Part shown: piece after piece, positions 8,525 through 16,934 of the stretch | How the letters are laid out: every line of letters starts with the position of its first letter | Position numbering within the stretch: the first letter of the stretch is position 1 | Assembly: GCA_036399715.1 (NCBI GenBank) | Contig: DASWMO010000138.1 | Span: forward strand, 1 to 58,434 | Source of the DNA: Rubricoccaceae bacterium | GTDB taxonomy: Bacteria; Bacteroidota; Rhodothermia; Rhodothermales; Rubricoccaceae | Direction: 5' to 3' | Length of the DNA: 58,434 nt | Position numbers and translations under genes: made by a program | The notes under the pieces: generated by a model | What the model was told of the DNA's origin: nothing | What the model saw: only the letters and a program-made list of their open reading frames with translations | The model's database searches: none

Positions 8525-9238
8525 ATGTCTGCACGCCTCCGCCCCGCGTCCGCCCCCCGGACCGGCCTTTTTCTCACGCTCGGTGCCGCGCTCGTCGCGC
8601 CGACCGGGGCCGCCGTCACGCTCGCCGGCTGCCAGAGCGAGGCCCCGCCCTCTCCGGCCGCCGACGTTCCGCTGACGGGCGTCGAGACGGTCATTCGGCA
8701 ACTGCCGGACGGCTCGTACCAGATCGCCGACGAGCAGGTCGTCGAAGGACGCGCCGGCGGTGTGACGATCATCCACACGGATCCGTCGGCCCCGGGCGGC
8801 ACGCGGACCGAGCGCCTCGACAGCCCCGAGGCGTTCGCGGCGCGCCTGCCCGCGACGCCGCCCGACAGCGCCGAGGTCGCCTCCGGCGGTGGCGGTGGCT
8901 CGTTCGCCGGCGGCCAGCAGGCGCAGGCCGGGCCCGGCATGGGCTACGGGCTGGGCAACCTCCTGCTCATGTCGGCGATGTTCAACATGTGGCGCCCGCC
9001 GTACTACGCGGGCTACGGCTACGGCGCGCCGAGCCGGGCGTACGCGAACGAAGGGGTCCGGCAGCGGAGCCAGTCGACCGTCCGCTCGGGCATCGCATCT
9101 GCTCAGCGGCGCGGGACGCTCGCGACGCCGACGCGCGTCGCGCAACGGGCGGCCGCGACGCGGGCGGCACGGCCGTCGGGCGGGCGCTCGGGCGCCTTCG
9201 GCCGCAGCTCCGGCAGCCCGTCCCGCGCCGGCGGCTGA
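8525..9238 (+). CDS. Lipoprotein, YgiB/YjfM (DUF1190)-like
   Basis: The ATG at 8525 gives a signal peptide with the lipobox TLAGC. The middle segment GMGYGLGNLLLMSAMFNMW and the Gly/Ser/Arg-rich C-terminus ending ..SRAGG resemble E. coli YgiB as I remember it. It sits directly upstream of a YgiC-like gene. Confidence 0.5.
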   Translation: MSARLRPASAPRTGLFLTLGAALVAPTGAAVTLAGCQSEAPPSPAADVPLTGVETVIRQLPDGSYQIADEQVVEGRAGGVTIIHTDPSAPGGTRTERLDSPEAFAARLPATPPDSAEVASGGGGGSFAGGQQAQAGPGMGYGLGNLLLMSAMFNMWRPPYYAGYGYGAPSRAYANEGVRQRSQSTVRSGIASAQRRGTLATPTRVAQRAAATRAARPSGGRSGAFGRSSGSPSRAGG

Positions 9239-9269
9239 GCCGATCCGCGCCGGGAAACCCGTCCCGCTC

Positions 9270-10466
9270 ATGTCCGACGCCCCGATCCGCCTCCGCCCCG
9301 CCCCGCCGGTCACCGCCGAGGCGCTCGACCGCGTCGGCTGGGGCTGGCTCGCGCAGGACGCCGACCCGGCGCGGCCGTACCTCGCGCCCGAGATGGTCGA
9401 GATCTCGGCCGCCGACGCCGAGACGCTCGCCCTCGCCGGCAACGAGCTCTACGCGCTCCTCGTCGAGGCGGCCGAGCACGTGCTGGAGAAGGACCTGCTG
9501 GACGAGGTCGGCGTGCCGGCCGCGCTCCACCACCTCGTGCGGCACTCGTGGGATGACGACCGCCACTGGCACCTCTACGGGCGCTTCGACCTCGCCGGCG
9601 GCGTCGGCGGGCTGCCCGTTCGCCTCATCGAGTTCAACGCCGACACGGCGACGGCCATCCCCGAGACGGCCATCGCGCAGTGGGCGCAGGCGCAGGGCGA
9701 CCCTGAAGCGGAGCAGTTCAACGAGCTCTACGAGCGCCTCGTCGAGCAGTTCGGCCGCCTCAAAGGCGCCAATGACGACCTCGCGCCGACGCTCCTCTGT
9801 ACGGGCTTCGCCGACGCGCCGGAGGACGACGCCAACCTCGGCGTCGTCGGGGCGGCGGCCGAGGAGGCGGGCTTCCGCGTGACCTACCGCGCCGTCTCGG
9901 ACGTCCACTTCGCGCCCGGCGAGGGCGTGTTCACGTTCGAGACCGGCGAGGCCGGCGACGCGTGGGTCCGTCACGACTTCATGTTCAAGCTCATCCCATG
10001 GGAAACGTTCGCGTCCGACGAGCCCGCGATCCTGGAGATTCTCGAAGGGCTGATCCTCGACCGCCACGTGGTCGTGGTTAACCCGGCCTACGCGGTCTTG
10101 CTGCAGAGTAAACGGCTGATGAAGGTGGCGTACGACCTCCACCCGGACAACCCGCTCCTGCTCGAAGCCGCCTACCACCCGATCGCGGGCAAGCGCCACG
10201 TCGAGAAGCCGGCCTACGGCCGCGAGGGCGGCAACGTGACCGTCTACGGCGCGACCGGCGAGGCCATCGAGGCGACGGCGGGCGACTACGACGTCTTCCC
10301 GTCCGTCTTCCAGGCGTTCACGGACCTCCCGCACGACGCCGAGGTGCGCCTCTACCAGACGGGCCTCTTCTGGGCCTTCGAGGCGTGCGCGGTCGGCTTC
10401 CGCCGCGGCGACCTCGTCATGGACGACCGCAGCGCCTTCGTCGGCCACGTCGTCGTGGACGGCTAG
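9270..10466 (+). CDS. Glutathionylspermidine-synthase-family ATP-grasp protein (YgiC/YjfC-like)
   Basis: The 398-aa product starts at MSDAPIRL. Segments LYGRFDL......VRLIEFNADT, FMFKLIPWE, VVNP.YAVLLQSKRLM and VEKP.YGREG.NV are typical of the GSP_synth family. Confidence 0.8.
   Translation: MSDAPIRLRPAPPVTAEALDRVGWGWLAQDADPARPYLAPEMVEISAADAETLALAGNELYALLVEAAEHVLEKDLLDEVGVPAALHHLVRHSWDDDRHWHLYGRFDLAGGVGGLPVRLIEFNADTATAIPETAIAQWAQAQGDPEAEQFNELYERLVEQFGRLKGANDDLAPTLLCTGFADAPEDDANLGVVGAAAEEAGFRVTYRAVSDVHFAPGEGVFTFETGEAGDAWVRHDFMFKLIPWETFASDEPAILEILEGLILDRHVVVVNPAYAVLLQSKRLMKVAYDLHPDNPLLLEAAYHPIAGKRHVEKPAYGREGGNVTVYGATGEAIEATAGDYDVFPSVFQAFTDLPHDAEVRLYQTGLFWAFEACAVGFRRGDLVMDDRSAFVGHVVVDG
10433..10461. 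repeat. 29-bp perfect direct repeat, copy 1 (the last codons of the GSP-synthase-like gene)
   Basis: CGCCTTCGTCGGCCACGTCGTCGTGGACG recurs exactly at 10504..10532. Both copies are followed 2 nt later by TAG. Confidence 0.95.
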
Positions 10467-10503
10467 CTACGCTCGCCCTGGTGCCTGGCTGTCCGACGGG
10501 GGC

Positions 10504-10532
10504 CGCCTTCGTCGGCCACGTCGTCGTGGACG
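10504..10532. repeat. 29-bp perfect direct repeat, copy 2 (intergenic)
   Basis: Identical to 10433..10461, offset by 71 bp. Confidence 0.95.
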
Positions 10533-10540
10533 AGTAGGCT

Positions 10541-10792
10541 GGTCCTCCGACCTCCGCCGGTGGTCCTCCGAACTCGGTGAGCCGAGCTCTGAGCTCGGTG
10601 ACTCCACCTCTGGGCTCGGTGCGTGGACCTCCGAACTCGGCGACTGCAGCTCCGAACTTGGTGAGCGGAGGTCGGAGCTCGGCAGATGCAGGTCCACGCT
10701 CGGCGCGCGACGCTCGGAGCTCGGTAGATGCAGGTCCGAGGTCGTCAGACCAGGCTCCGAGCTCGGCACGCCGAGTTCAGAGCTGCACCCGG
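10541..10792. repeat. Tandem array of 12 exactly phased 21-bp repeats with a palindromic core (consensus about nnnnCTCCGAGCTCGGnnnnn)
   Basis: Units start at 10541, 10562, 10583, 10604, 10625, 10646, 10667, 10688, 10709, 10730, 10751 and 10772, with no indels. The core CTCCGA/GCTCGG is conserved and a roughly 9-nt linker varies. Units 7+8 resemble units 9+10, giving a 42-bp higher-order repeat. The array lies between convergent genes and reaches the stop codon of 10777..11298. Confidence 0.9.
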
Positions 10793-11298
10793 AGCGCGAC
10801 GCCCGCGGCCCGCTCGCCGTCTGGGCCGACAAATGCCACAGGCTCGGCACGGACTCCACCGCGGTACCGGATTGCCGCCCCGATGGCCGGCCCGAGGATG
10901 AGCGCGACGGCTCCGGGAGCAAGGGGTACGAAACACAGCTCGCCGCAGACCCCGCTCGCGGACACGATTCCCCCGATGGCCAACACCGTCACGCCTGCCA
11001 GCGCCCCGAGCCCTGCCCCGGCGAGCGTACGGCCAAAGTCTCCGCTTCCGTCCGTTCCGAGATAGTGCGCTCCGATCGCCGCCGTCAGTGGAATGGCGAT
11101 CACGGCCGCCGCTGCTGCCTCTTCTTGCTCTCCTGAACTGCCGTAGTAGACAAGGAATGGAAGTCCCACCGAGACAGTCGCGCCAGCGAGTGCGCGGACG
11201 ACCACAGACGAGCTCAAAGGCCGGCGCGCACCGAGTGTGTCGGGCGACTGGGCCGCGGCGGCCGAGGCGAGAAGCGTTAGGAGGAGAAGCGTGCGCAT
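10777..11298 (-). CDS. Hypothetical secreted/membrane Gly/Ala-rich protein
   Basis: The internal ATG at 11298 gives MRTLLLLTLLASAAAAQS (signal peptide), followed by Gly-zipper-like hydrophobic segments. No family recognised. Confidence 0.5.
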   Translation of the reverse strand: MRTLLLLTLLASAAAAQSPDTLGARRPLSSSVVVRALAGATVSVGLPFLVYYGSSGEQEEAAAAAVIAIPLTAAIGAHYLGTDGSGDFGRTLAGAGLGALAGVTVLAIGGIVSASGVCGELCFVPLAPGAVALILGPAIGAAIRYRGGVRAEPVAFVGPDGERAAGVALRVQL

Positions 11299-11374
11299 CG
11301 GGCGTCGGGCGTGAGAGCGCGCAACGTATCGCTGGCTCCCCCGCCCCGCCTGGTGCGCGTGCACTACATCCGCC

Positions 11375-12751
11375 TCAGTCGGCGAGGAGTCGGAATGGGT
11401 GCGCGGTGGGTAGGCTCGGCGCGTGGCTCGGCCCGAGCGGCGTCACGGCGCGCGTTTCGTCGAGCCAGATCCACTCGTCGAACTGGCCCGGCAGGTCGGC
11501 GGCGAAGTAGTGGCTCTGAAGCTCCGTCTCGGGCCGGTAGATGACCCCGATGGCGCGCTCTAGGCGCGGTCGGGCGAGCTCGTCGCGGAGCTCGTCCGCG
11601 GCATTGCGCAGCGGGAGCGTGAACCGGGCGACGCCGCTCGCGTGCGCGACGCCCTCGATGCTCTCGGGGTGCGACGGGCGGACCGCCTTGACGTGCCCTG
11701 CGTCGCCCCAGCCGTCGGCGGCGAAGACGGTCCCGGTGTGCGTCCCGAACCCGATGAGGTAGGCGTCGTCGCCGAAGGCCCGCCGGCAGAGGTGGCCGAC
11801 GTTGATGTCGCCCTGCTGCTGGCCCATCTGCGTCGCCATCGCGTCGCCGACGTGCGAGTTGTGCGCCCACACGACGGCCCGCGCATCGTCGCCGACGTGC
11901 TCCATCAGGCTCTGGAGCGTCGTCACCATGTGCGTGTCGCGGAGATTCCACGTGTTGGCCCCACCGACGAACATCTCGCGGTAGTACTCCTCCGCGTCGC
12001 GGACGACGCGGGCGTTCTCGACGGCGTTGAAATACGGGAAGTCGTCGGTCCCGTGCGCCCCGGCCGTCGCCGTGAGGCGCTTGCGGAGCAGGTCGCGGAG
12101 CATGGCGACGGCGCCGGCCTCGCAGCCGTCGTAGCGCGTCCGGGCGAGGGCGCGGCCGTAGTCGGCGGGCTCGCCCTCGAACGGCATGAGGCACCCGTAG
12201 CGGAGGCGCGCGTCGGCGGCGAGGTCGGGGTCGGTCTCGTCGAGGTAGCGCAGGACCTCGTGGAGCGACTCGTAGAGGCCGTAGAGGTCGAGCCCGTAAA
12301 AGCCGGCGCGGCCCGCCTCGCCGAGGCCCGCGTTGCGGCCGCGGAGCCACTCGACAAAGTCGCGGACCTCCTCGTTGCGCCACATCCACGTCGGGAAGCG
12401 CCCGAAGGCGTCCCGCTCGGTCTCGCCCGGCTCGCGGTGGCGGACGTACGCGTCGATGCGCTCGGCGTCTGCCCAGTCGGCCTCCGCGGCGACGATCTGG
12501 AACCCCTTCTGCTCGACCAGGGCCTGCGTGATGCGGGCGCGGACGCGGTAGAACTCGCTCGTCCCGTGGCTCGCCTCGCCGATACAGACGACGCGGGCGT
12601 TGCCGATCCGGTCGAGGATCGGGCCCGGGTCGAAGGCGTCGACCGAGTCGAACGGCTCAGCGTGCTCGGCGACGAGCCGGGCGAGTTCGTCCCCCGAGCG
12701 GTACACGCGGGACGTCGGGCTCGGGCGGCGTTGAGTTGGAAGCGTGGGCAT
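11375..12751 (-). CDS. Erythromycin-esterase-family protein (PF05139-like)
   Basis: Starts at MPTLPTQ (ATG at 12751). Segments VVCIGEASHGTSEFY..R..I...L......F..VA.EADW, WMWRN.E and VVWAHNSHVGD are typical of Ere-like/succinoglycan-type esterases. Confidence 0.75.
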   Translation of the reverse strand: MPTLPTQRRPSPTSRVYRSGDELARLVAEHAEPFDSVDAFDPGPILDRIGNARVVCIGEASHGTSEFYRVRARITQALVEQKGFQIVAAEADWADAERIDAYVRHREPGETERDAFGRFPTWMWRNEEVRDFVEWLRGRNAGLGEAGRAGFYGLDLYGLYESLHEVLRYLDETDPDLAADARLRYGCLMPFEGEPADYGRALARTRYDGCEAGAVAMLRDLLRKRLTATAGAHGTDDFPYFNAVENARVVRDAEEYYREMFVGGANTWNLRDTHMVTTLQSLMEHVGDDARAVVWAHNSHVGDAMATQMGQQQGDINVGHLCRRAFGDDAYLIGFGTHTGTVFAADGWGDAGHVKAVRPSHPESIEGVAHASGVARFTLPLRNAADELRDELARPRLERAIGVIYRPETELQSHYFAADLPGQFDEWIWLDETRAVTPLGPSHAPSLPTAHPFRLLAD

Positions 12752-12836
12752 CGCGAACGGCGGCTGTGCCCGTTCCCGACGCCTCTCCGCTCCTGATGCT
12801 CCCGCCCGCACGGCGGTTCAGGGCTCTCCCCACGCC

Positions 12837-13592
12837 CTACATCGCCATCCCACCGTCGACGTGGAGGACGTGACCGGTGACGTAGGCTGCGGCCGGCGAG
12901 CACAGCCACAGGACCGCGTTCGCGATGTCTTCGGGCGTGCCCGCCCTGCCGAGCGGAATCTGCGCCTCGATGCCCTCCATCGCCTTCTCCGAGACCGCCG
13001 CTGTCATGTCCGTCGCGATGTAGCCCGGCGCGACGACGTTGGCTCGGACGCCGCGCCCGGCGAGTTCCTTGGCGAGGCTCTTGGTGAACCCGATCAGGCC
13101 GGCCTTCGAGGCCGCGTAGTTCGCCTGACCGGCATTGCCCGTCACGCCGACGACGGACGAGAGCGTCACGATGCTGCCGCCGCGCTGCTTCATCATGGGC
13201 CGGTACGCAGCCTTGCAGACGTGGAACGCGCCCGTGAGGTTGGTGTCGATGACGGCCTGCCAGTCGGCCGCGGTCATGCGGATCATGAGCCCGTCGCGCG
13301 TGATGCCCGCGTTGACGACGAGTGCGTCGATGCGCCCCCACCGCTCGACGACGGCGTTCACGGCCGCCTCGGCCGCCGCCGGGTCGGCCGCCTCGGCCTG
13401 GATGCCGAACGCCTCGGTCCCGCCGGCGTCGAGTTCTGCGACGAGCGCATCGGCGGCATCGGCCGAGGCGCGGTACGTGAACGCCACCTTCGCGCCCGCC
13501 GCGGCGAGGGCGAGGACGACCGCGCGGCCGATGCCGCGGGTGCCGCCGGTGACGAGGGCCGTGGTACCGGAGAGATCGAGGGTGTAGGGCAT
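12837..13592 (-). CDS. fabG: 3-oxoacyl-ACP reductase
   Basis: It has ALVTGGTRGIGRA (TGxxxGIG), NAGITRD and SSVVG..GN.GQ.NYAASKAG (the YxxxK catalytic motif). It lies downstream of fabD. Confidence 0.9.
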   Translation of the reverse strand: MPYTLDLSGTTALVTGGTRGIGRAVVLALAAAGAKVAFTYRASADAADALVAELDAGGTEAFGIQAEAADPAAAEAAVNAVVERWGRIDALVVNAGITRDGLMIRMTAADWQAVIDTNLTGAFHVCKAAYRPMMKQRGGSIVTLSSVVGVTGNAGQANYAASKAGLIGFTKSLAKELAGRGVRANVVAPGYIATDMTAAVSEKAMEGIEAQIPLGRAGTPEDIANAVLWLCSPAAAYVTGHVLHVDGGMAM

Positions 13593-13609
13593 CGGAGAGA
13601 GAGAAGGAG

Positions 13610-14530
13610 TCAGAGCGCCGCGATCTGAGCGGCTGTACCGGCGGGCGCCGTCTGCGCGTCGCGGCCGAGCGTGCGGCGGACGAGCCCCGAGAGGACCGCG
13701 CCCGTCCCGACCTCGATGTACCGCGTCGCGCCGAGAGCGGCCATCCGCTCGACGCTCTGCGCCCAGCGGACCGGGGCCGTAAGCTGCTCCAGCAGGCGCG
13801 CGCGGATCTCGCCGGGGTCCTGCGTCGGCTCGGCCGTCACGTTGAGGACGACCGGGCACGACGGGGCCGAGATCGCGAGACCGGCGAGCGCCTCGGCGAG
13901 GCCGTCGCGCGCGAAGGCCATGAGCGGGCTGTGAAACGCGCCCGAGACGGGCAGCGGCACGACGCGCTTCGCGCCCGCAGCGGTGCACAGCGCGCCGGCA
14001 CGGGCAACCGCGTCGGCGTCGCCCGAGATGACGATCTGGCCGGGGTCGTTGTAATTGGCCGGGACCGCCTCGCCGTCGCCGGCGTCGGTCGCCTCGCGGC
14101 ACGCCGCCTCCAACGCGGCGGCATCGAGGCCGAGGACGGCGGACATGGCGCCGGGGCGGACCGTCCCGGCCTGCGCCATCAGCTCGCCGCGGCGGCGGAC
14201 CGCCCGTAGGCCGTCGGCGAAGCTCACGGCGCCGGTCGCAGCGAGCGCGGACCACTCACCGAGGCTGTGGCCGGCCGCGACATCAGGCCGGAGCCCGCGT
14301 GCGCGGAGGGCGGCGTCAGCGGCGAGGCTGTGTGTAAACAGGGCGGGCTGCGTGATCTCTGTCGGCTTCAGCGCCTCGGCGGCGTCGCCGAACATCAGGC
14401 TCGTCAGCGAGACGCCGAGGACGGCGTCGGCCTCGTCGAAGAGGGCACGCGCCTCGGGCGAGGCCTCGAACAGGTCGGCGCCCATGCCGGGCGCCTGCGA
14501 GCCCTGCCCGGGAAAGAGGAAAGCGGTCAT
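13610..14530 (-). CDS. fabD: Malonyl-CoA:ACP transacylase
   Basis: It has FLFPGQGSQ..GMG, the GHSLGEWSAL active-site serine motif, and VSGAFHSPLM. Confidence 0.92.
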   Translation of the reverse strand: MTAFLFPGQGSQAPGMGADLFEASPEARALFDEADAVLGVSLTSLMFGDAAEALKPTEITQPALFTHSLAADAALRARGLRPDVAAGHSLGEWSALAATGAVSFADGLRAVRRRGELMAQAGTVRPGAMSAVLGLDAAALEAACREATDAGDGEAVPANYNDPGQIVISGDADAVARAGALCTAAGAKRVVPLPVSGAFHSPLMAFARDGLAEALAGLAISAPSCPVVLNVTAEPTQDPGEIRARLLEQLTAPVRWAQSVERMAALGATRYIEVGTGAVLSGLVRRTLGRDAQTAPAGTAAQIAAL

Positions 14531-14590
14531 GGGAGGAGAGAAAAGAGTCGGGTCGGCACGGCAGGAGGCGAGGCGTTCGTCCCCGATGCC

Positions 14591-15664
14591 CTAGTCCTCC
14601 CCCCCGTCGTAGGCCCACTTCAGCAGCGTCGCGCCCCACGTGAAGCCGCCGCCGAAGGCCGCGAGGACGACGTTGTCGCCGCGGCGGAGGCGGCCTTCGT
14701 AGTCGGCGAGGCACAGCGGGAGCGTGCCCGCCGTCGTGTTGCCGTAGCGCTCGATGTTGATCATCACGCGCTCGCTCGGGAGGTCCATCCGGCGGGCCGT
14801 CGCGTCGATGATGCGCAGGTTGGCCTGGTGCGGCACGAGCCACTGCACGTCGTCGCCGGTGAGGCCGTTACGCTCCATGATCTCGGCCGCCGCCTCGGCC
14901 ATGCTCACGACGGCCCGCTTGAAGACGGTCTTGCCGTCCTGACGGGCGTAATGCCACTGCGCATCGACGGTCGCGTGCGTGGTCGGGTGGAGGCTGCCGC
15001 CGCCGAGCATATTCAGCGCGGGACCGCCCGAGCCGTCGCTGTACTGGACGGCGTCGATCAGGCCGTGGCCGGTCTCGTCGGCTTCGAGCAGGACCGCCCC
15101 CGCCCCGTCGCCGAAGATGATGCACGTCGTGCGGTCCGTGTAGTCGATGATGCGGCTCATCGTGTCCGCCCCAACGACGAGGACCCGCTTGGCCGCGCCG
15201 GACTCAATAAAGCGCGCGCCCGTCGTGAGGGCGTAGAGGAAGCCCGAGCAGGCCGCCGAGATGTCGAACCCCCATGCGTTCGTCGCCCCGAGCGCGTCCT
15301 GTATGAGGCACGCCGTGGCCGGGAGCATCATGTCGGGTGTGATCGTCGCGACGAGGATGAGGTCGACGTCTTCGGGGCCGATGCCGCGCTTGTCGAGCGC
15401 CATCCGGCACGCCTCGGTCGACATGAACGCCGTCGCCTTGGTCGGGTCCTTGAGGATGCGGCGCTCGCGAATGCCGGTCCGGCTCACGATCCACTCGTCG
15501 TTCGTGTCGACGAGCTTCTCGAGGTCGGCGTTCGTCAGCCGGTCCGGCGGGAGGTAGTGCCCGACGGCCGTGATGGCCGCCGTGCGGCGCGTGGCCGGGC
15601 GGTCGGTCAGAGAGTCGGTCAGGGCGTCGGTCGGGGTGGGCACGCGGACGGGTTCGGAGGTCAA
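14591..15664 (-). CDS. fabH: 3-oxoacyl-ACP synthase III
   Basis: It has ITAVGHYLP....N.DLEK.VDT.DEWI..RTGI.ER, AACSGF (active-site Cys), HQAN.RI and GNTTAGT. The N-terminus has an extension of about 28 aa. Confidence 0.9.
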   Translation of the reverse strand: MTSEPVRVPTPTDALTDSLTDRPATRRTAAITAVGHYLPPDRLTNADLEKLVDTNDEWIVSRTGIRERRILKDPTKATAFMSTEACRMALDKRGIGPEDVDLILVATITPDMMLPATACLIQDALGATNAWGFDISAACSGFLYALTTGARFIESGAAKRVLVVGADTMSRIIDYTDRTTCIIFGDGAGAVLLEADETGHGLIDAVQYSDGSGGPALNMLGGGSLHPTTHATVDAQWHYARQDGKTVFKRAVVSMAEAAAEIMERNGLTGDDVQWLVPHQANLRIIDATARRMDLPSERVMINIERYGNTTAGTLPLCLADYEGRLRRGDNVVLAAFGGGFTWGATLLKWAYDGGED

Positions 15665-15682
15665 AGAAGGGCGCCGGGGCGC

Positions 15683-16729
15683 TTACGCGCGCGGAGCGTC
15701 GTCACGGAAGGCGCGGCCGATCCGGGCCGAGAGGTTCTGCTCGGCGAGCTCGACCGTCCGCAGGATCATTTGCTCGACCGCCCGCGCTGACGAGCCGCCG
15801 TGGCCGATCACGACCGTCCCGTCGATGCCGAGAAGGGGCACGCCGCCGAAGTTCTGGTAGTCGAACGGCGAGAGCATGCCCTTCAGGACGCGCCCGACGA
15901 GGCCAGCCTCGTCATCCCCGAGACCGAGGGCCGTGATCTGCGCCCGGACCATCTCGGGCAGGATCGTCGCGACGCTCTCGGCAAGCTTCAGCACGACGTT
16001 GCCGACGAAGCCGTCGCAGACGCAGATGTCGGCGCCGTGCCGGAGGATGTCGCGGCCCTCGACGTTGCCCACAAAGTCGATGTGGCCATCCTCAGCCGCC
16101 TCGGCGAGCAGGCGGTGCGCCTCCTTGATCGTGTCGGTCCCCTTGCCCGGCTCCTCGCCGACATTGACGAGCCCGACGGTCGGGCGGTCCTTGCCGAGAA
16201 AGACGGTCCCGAAGAGGCTGCCCATGCGGGCAAACTGGACGAGGTGCTCGGGACGAACCTCGACGTTGGCGCCGACATCGAGGACGACGCAGGTCCCCCG
16301 AGGCGTCGGGAGGTAGCCCGGGAGGGCGGGCCGGAGCACGCCCGGCAGGCGGCCGAGCCCGAAGAGGGCCGTCGCCATGATGGCGCCGGTGTTGCCGGCC
16401 GACGCGAAGCCGTCCGCCCGGCCGGCCTTGACGAGCGCGATGCCGCGGTGGATGGACGAGTCGGGCTTTTTCTTGAGCGCCACGCCGGCGCTCTCGCTCA
16501 TCTCGACGACCTGCGGCGCGTCGACGATCTCGACGGCGCCGTCCGGTGCTCCGCGCTCGGTGAGGGCCGCCCGGACCTCAGTCTCGCGGCCGACGAGGAC
16601 GATCCGAAACCGGTCGGCTCCCGCTGCGGCCGCCGCGAGGGCCCCGTCCACGACGACGCCCGGCGCGTGGTCTCCGCCCATGGCGTCGACGGCGACTCGG
16701 ACGCGCCCCGCGGGCGGGATCGTGGACAT
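15683..16729 (-). CDS. plsX: Phosphate acyltransferase
   Basis: It has VAVDAMGGDHAP at the N-terminus, then GNTGA.MA and VGLVNVGEE..KG. It sits in the canonical rpmF-plsX-fabH position. Confidence 0.92.
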   Translation of the reverse strand: MSTIPPAGRVRVAVDAMGGDHAPGVVVDGALAAAAAGADRFRIVLVGRETEVRAALTERGAPDGAVEIVDAPQVVEMSESAGVALKKKPDSSIHRGIALVKAGRADGFASAGNTGAIMATALFGLGRLPGVLRPALPGYLPTPRGTCVVLDVGANVEVRPEHLVQFARMGSLFGTVFLGKDRPTVGLVNVGEEPGKGTDTIKEAHRLLAEAAEDGHIDFVGNVEGRDILRHGADICVCDGFVGNVVLKLAESVATILPEMVRAQITALGLGDDEAGLVGRVLKGMLSPFDYQNFGGVPLLGIDGTVVIGHGGSSARAVEQMILRTVELAEQNLSARIGRAFRDDAPRA

Positions 16730-16908
16730 CGGGCGGACGGCTGGCGGAGGGGAACGGGCAAGATACGGTGCCCTCTCTGGGTGCCGCGAGAACGACCCTT
16801 ACACGACGGGGCCTCATCGACCCGGGCGACCACGGGCAATCCACAGACGGACGGTGCCCGCATCGTGCCCGGAAAGGCACGGCGCGGACACCGTTCGGGG
16901 AAAGCAGA

Positions 16909-16926
16909 GCCGGCCGAGCGGCCGGC
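16909..16926 (-). terminator. Hairpin after rpmF (GCCGGCC-gagc-GGCCGGC) followed by TCTGCTTTCCCC on the coding strand
   Basis: A 7-bp perfect GC stem with a 4-nt loop starts 9 nt after the rpmF stop. The T tract is weak, and it lies within a 205-bp rpmF-plsX spacer. Confidence 0.35.
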
Positions 16927-16934
16927 CCGGCGGC

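Noticed and set aside
5767-8534. The N-terminal extensions of ORFs 5767..7947 (726 aa) and 6669..8534 (621 aa)
   Set aside because: Only the C-terminal parts, from MTTRPLL and from MAYKAVF, look like real proteins. The upstream parts are Arg-rich, overlap the neighbouring gene, or lie in the leader region.
10541-10792. Possible CRISPR array
   Set aside because: The repeats are contiguous 21-mers with no unique spacers of comparable length between them, and no cas genes are nearby.
10467-10922. Minus-strand 151-aa ORF reading the 21-bp array as SPSSEL heptad repeats, and plus-strand ORF 10577..11065
   Set aside because: The minus ORF would have to start inside the neighbouring gene 10777..11298, in another frame, and it ends in an Arg-rich tail. 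The plus ORF is antisense shadow. I treat the array as non-coding DNA, but I keep a decayed repeat-protein gene as an alternative in the finding.
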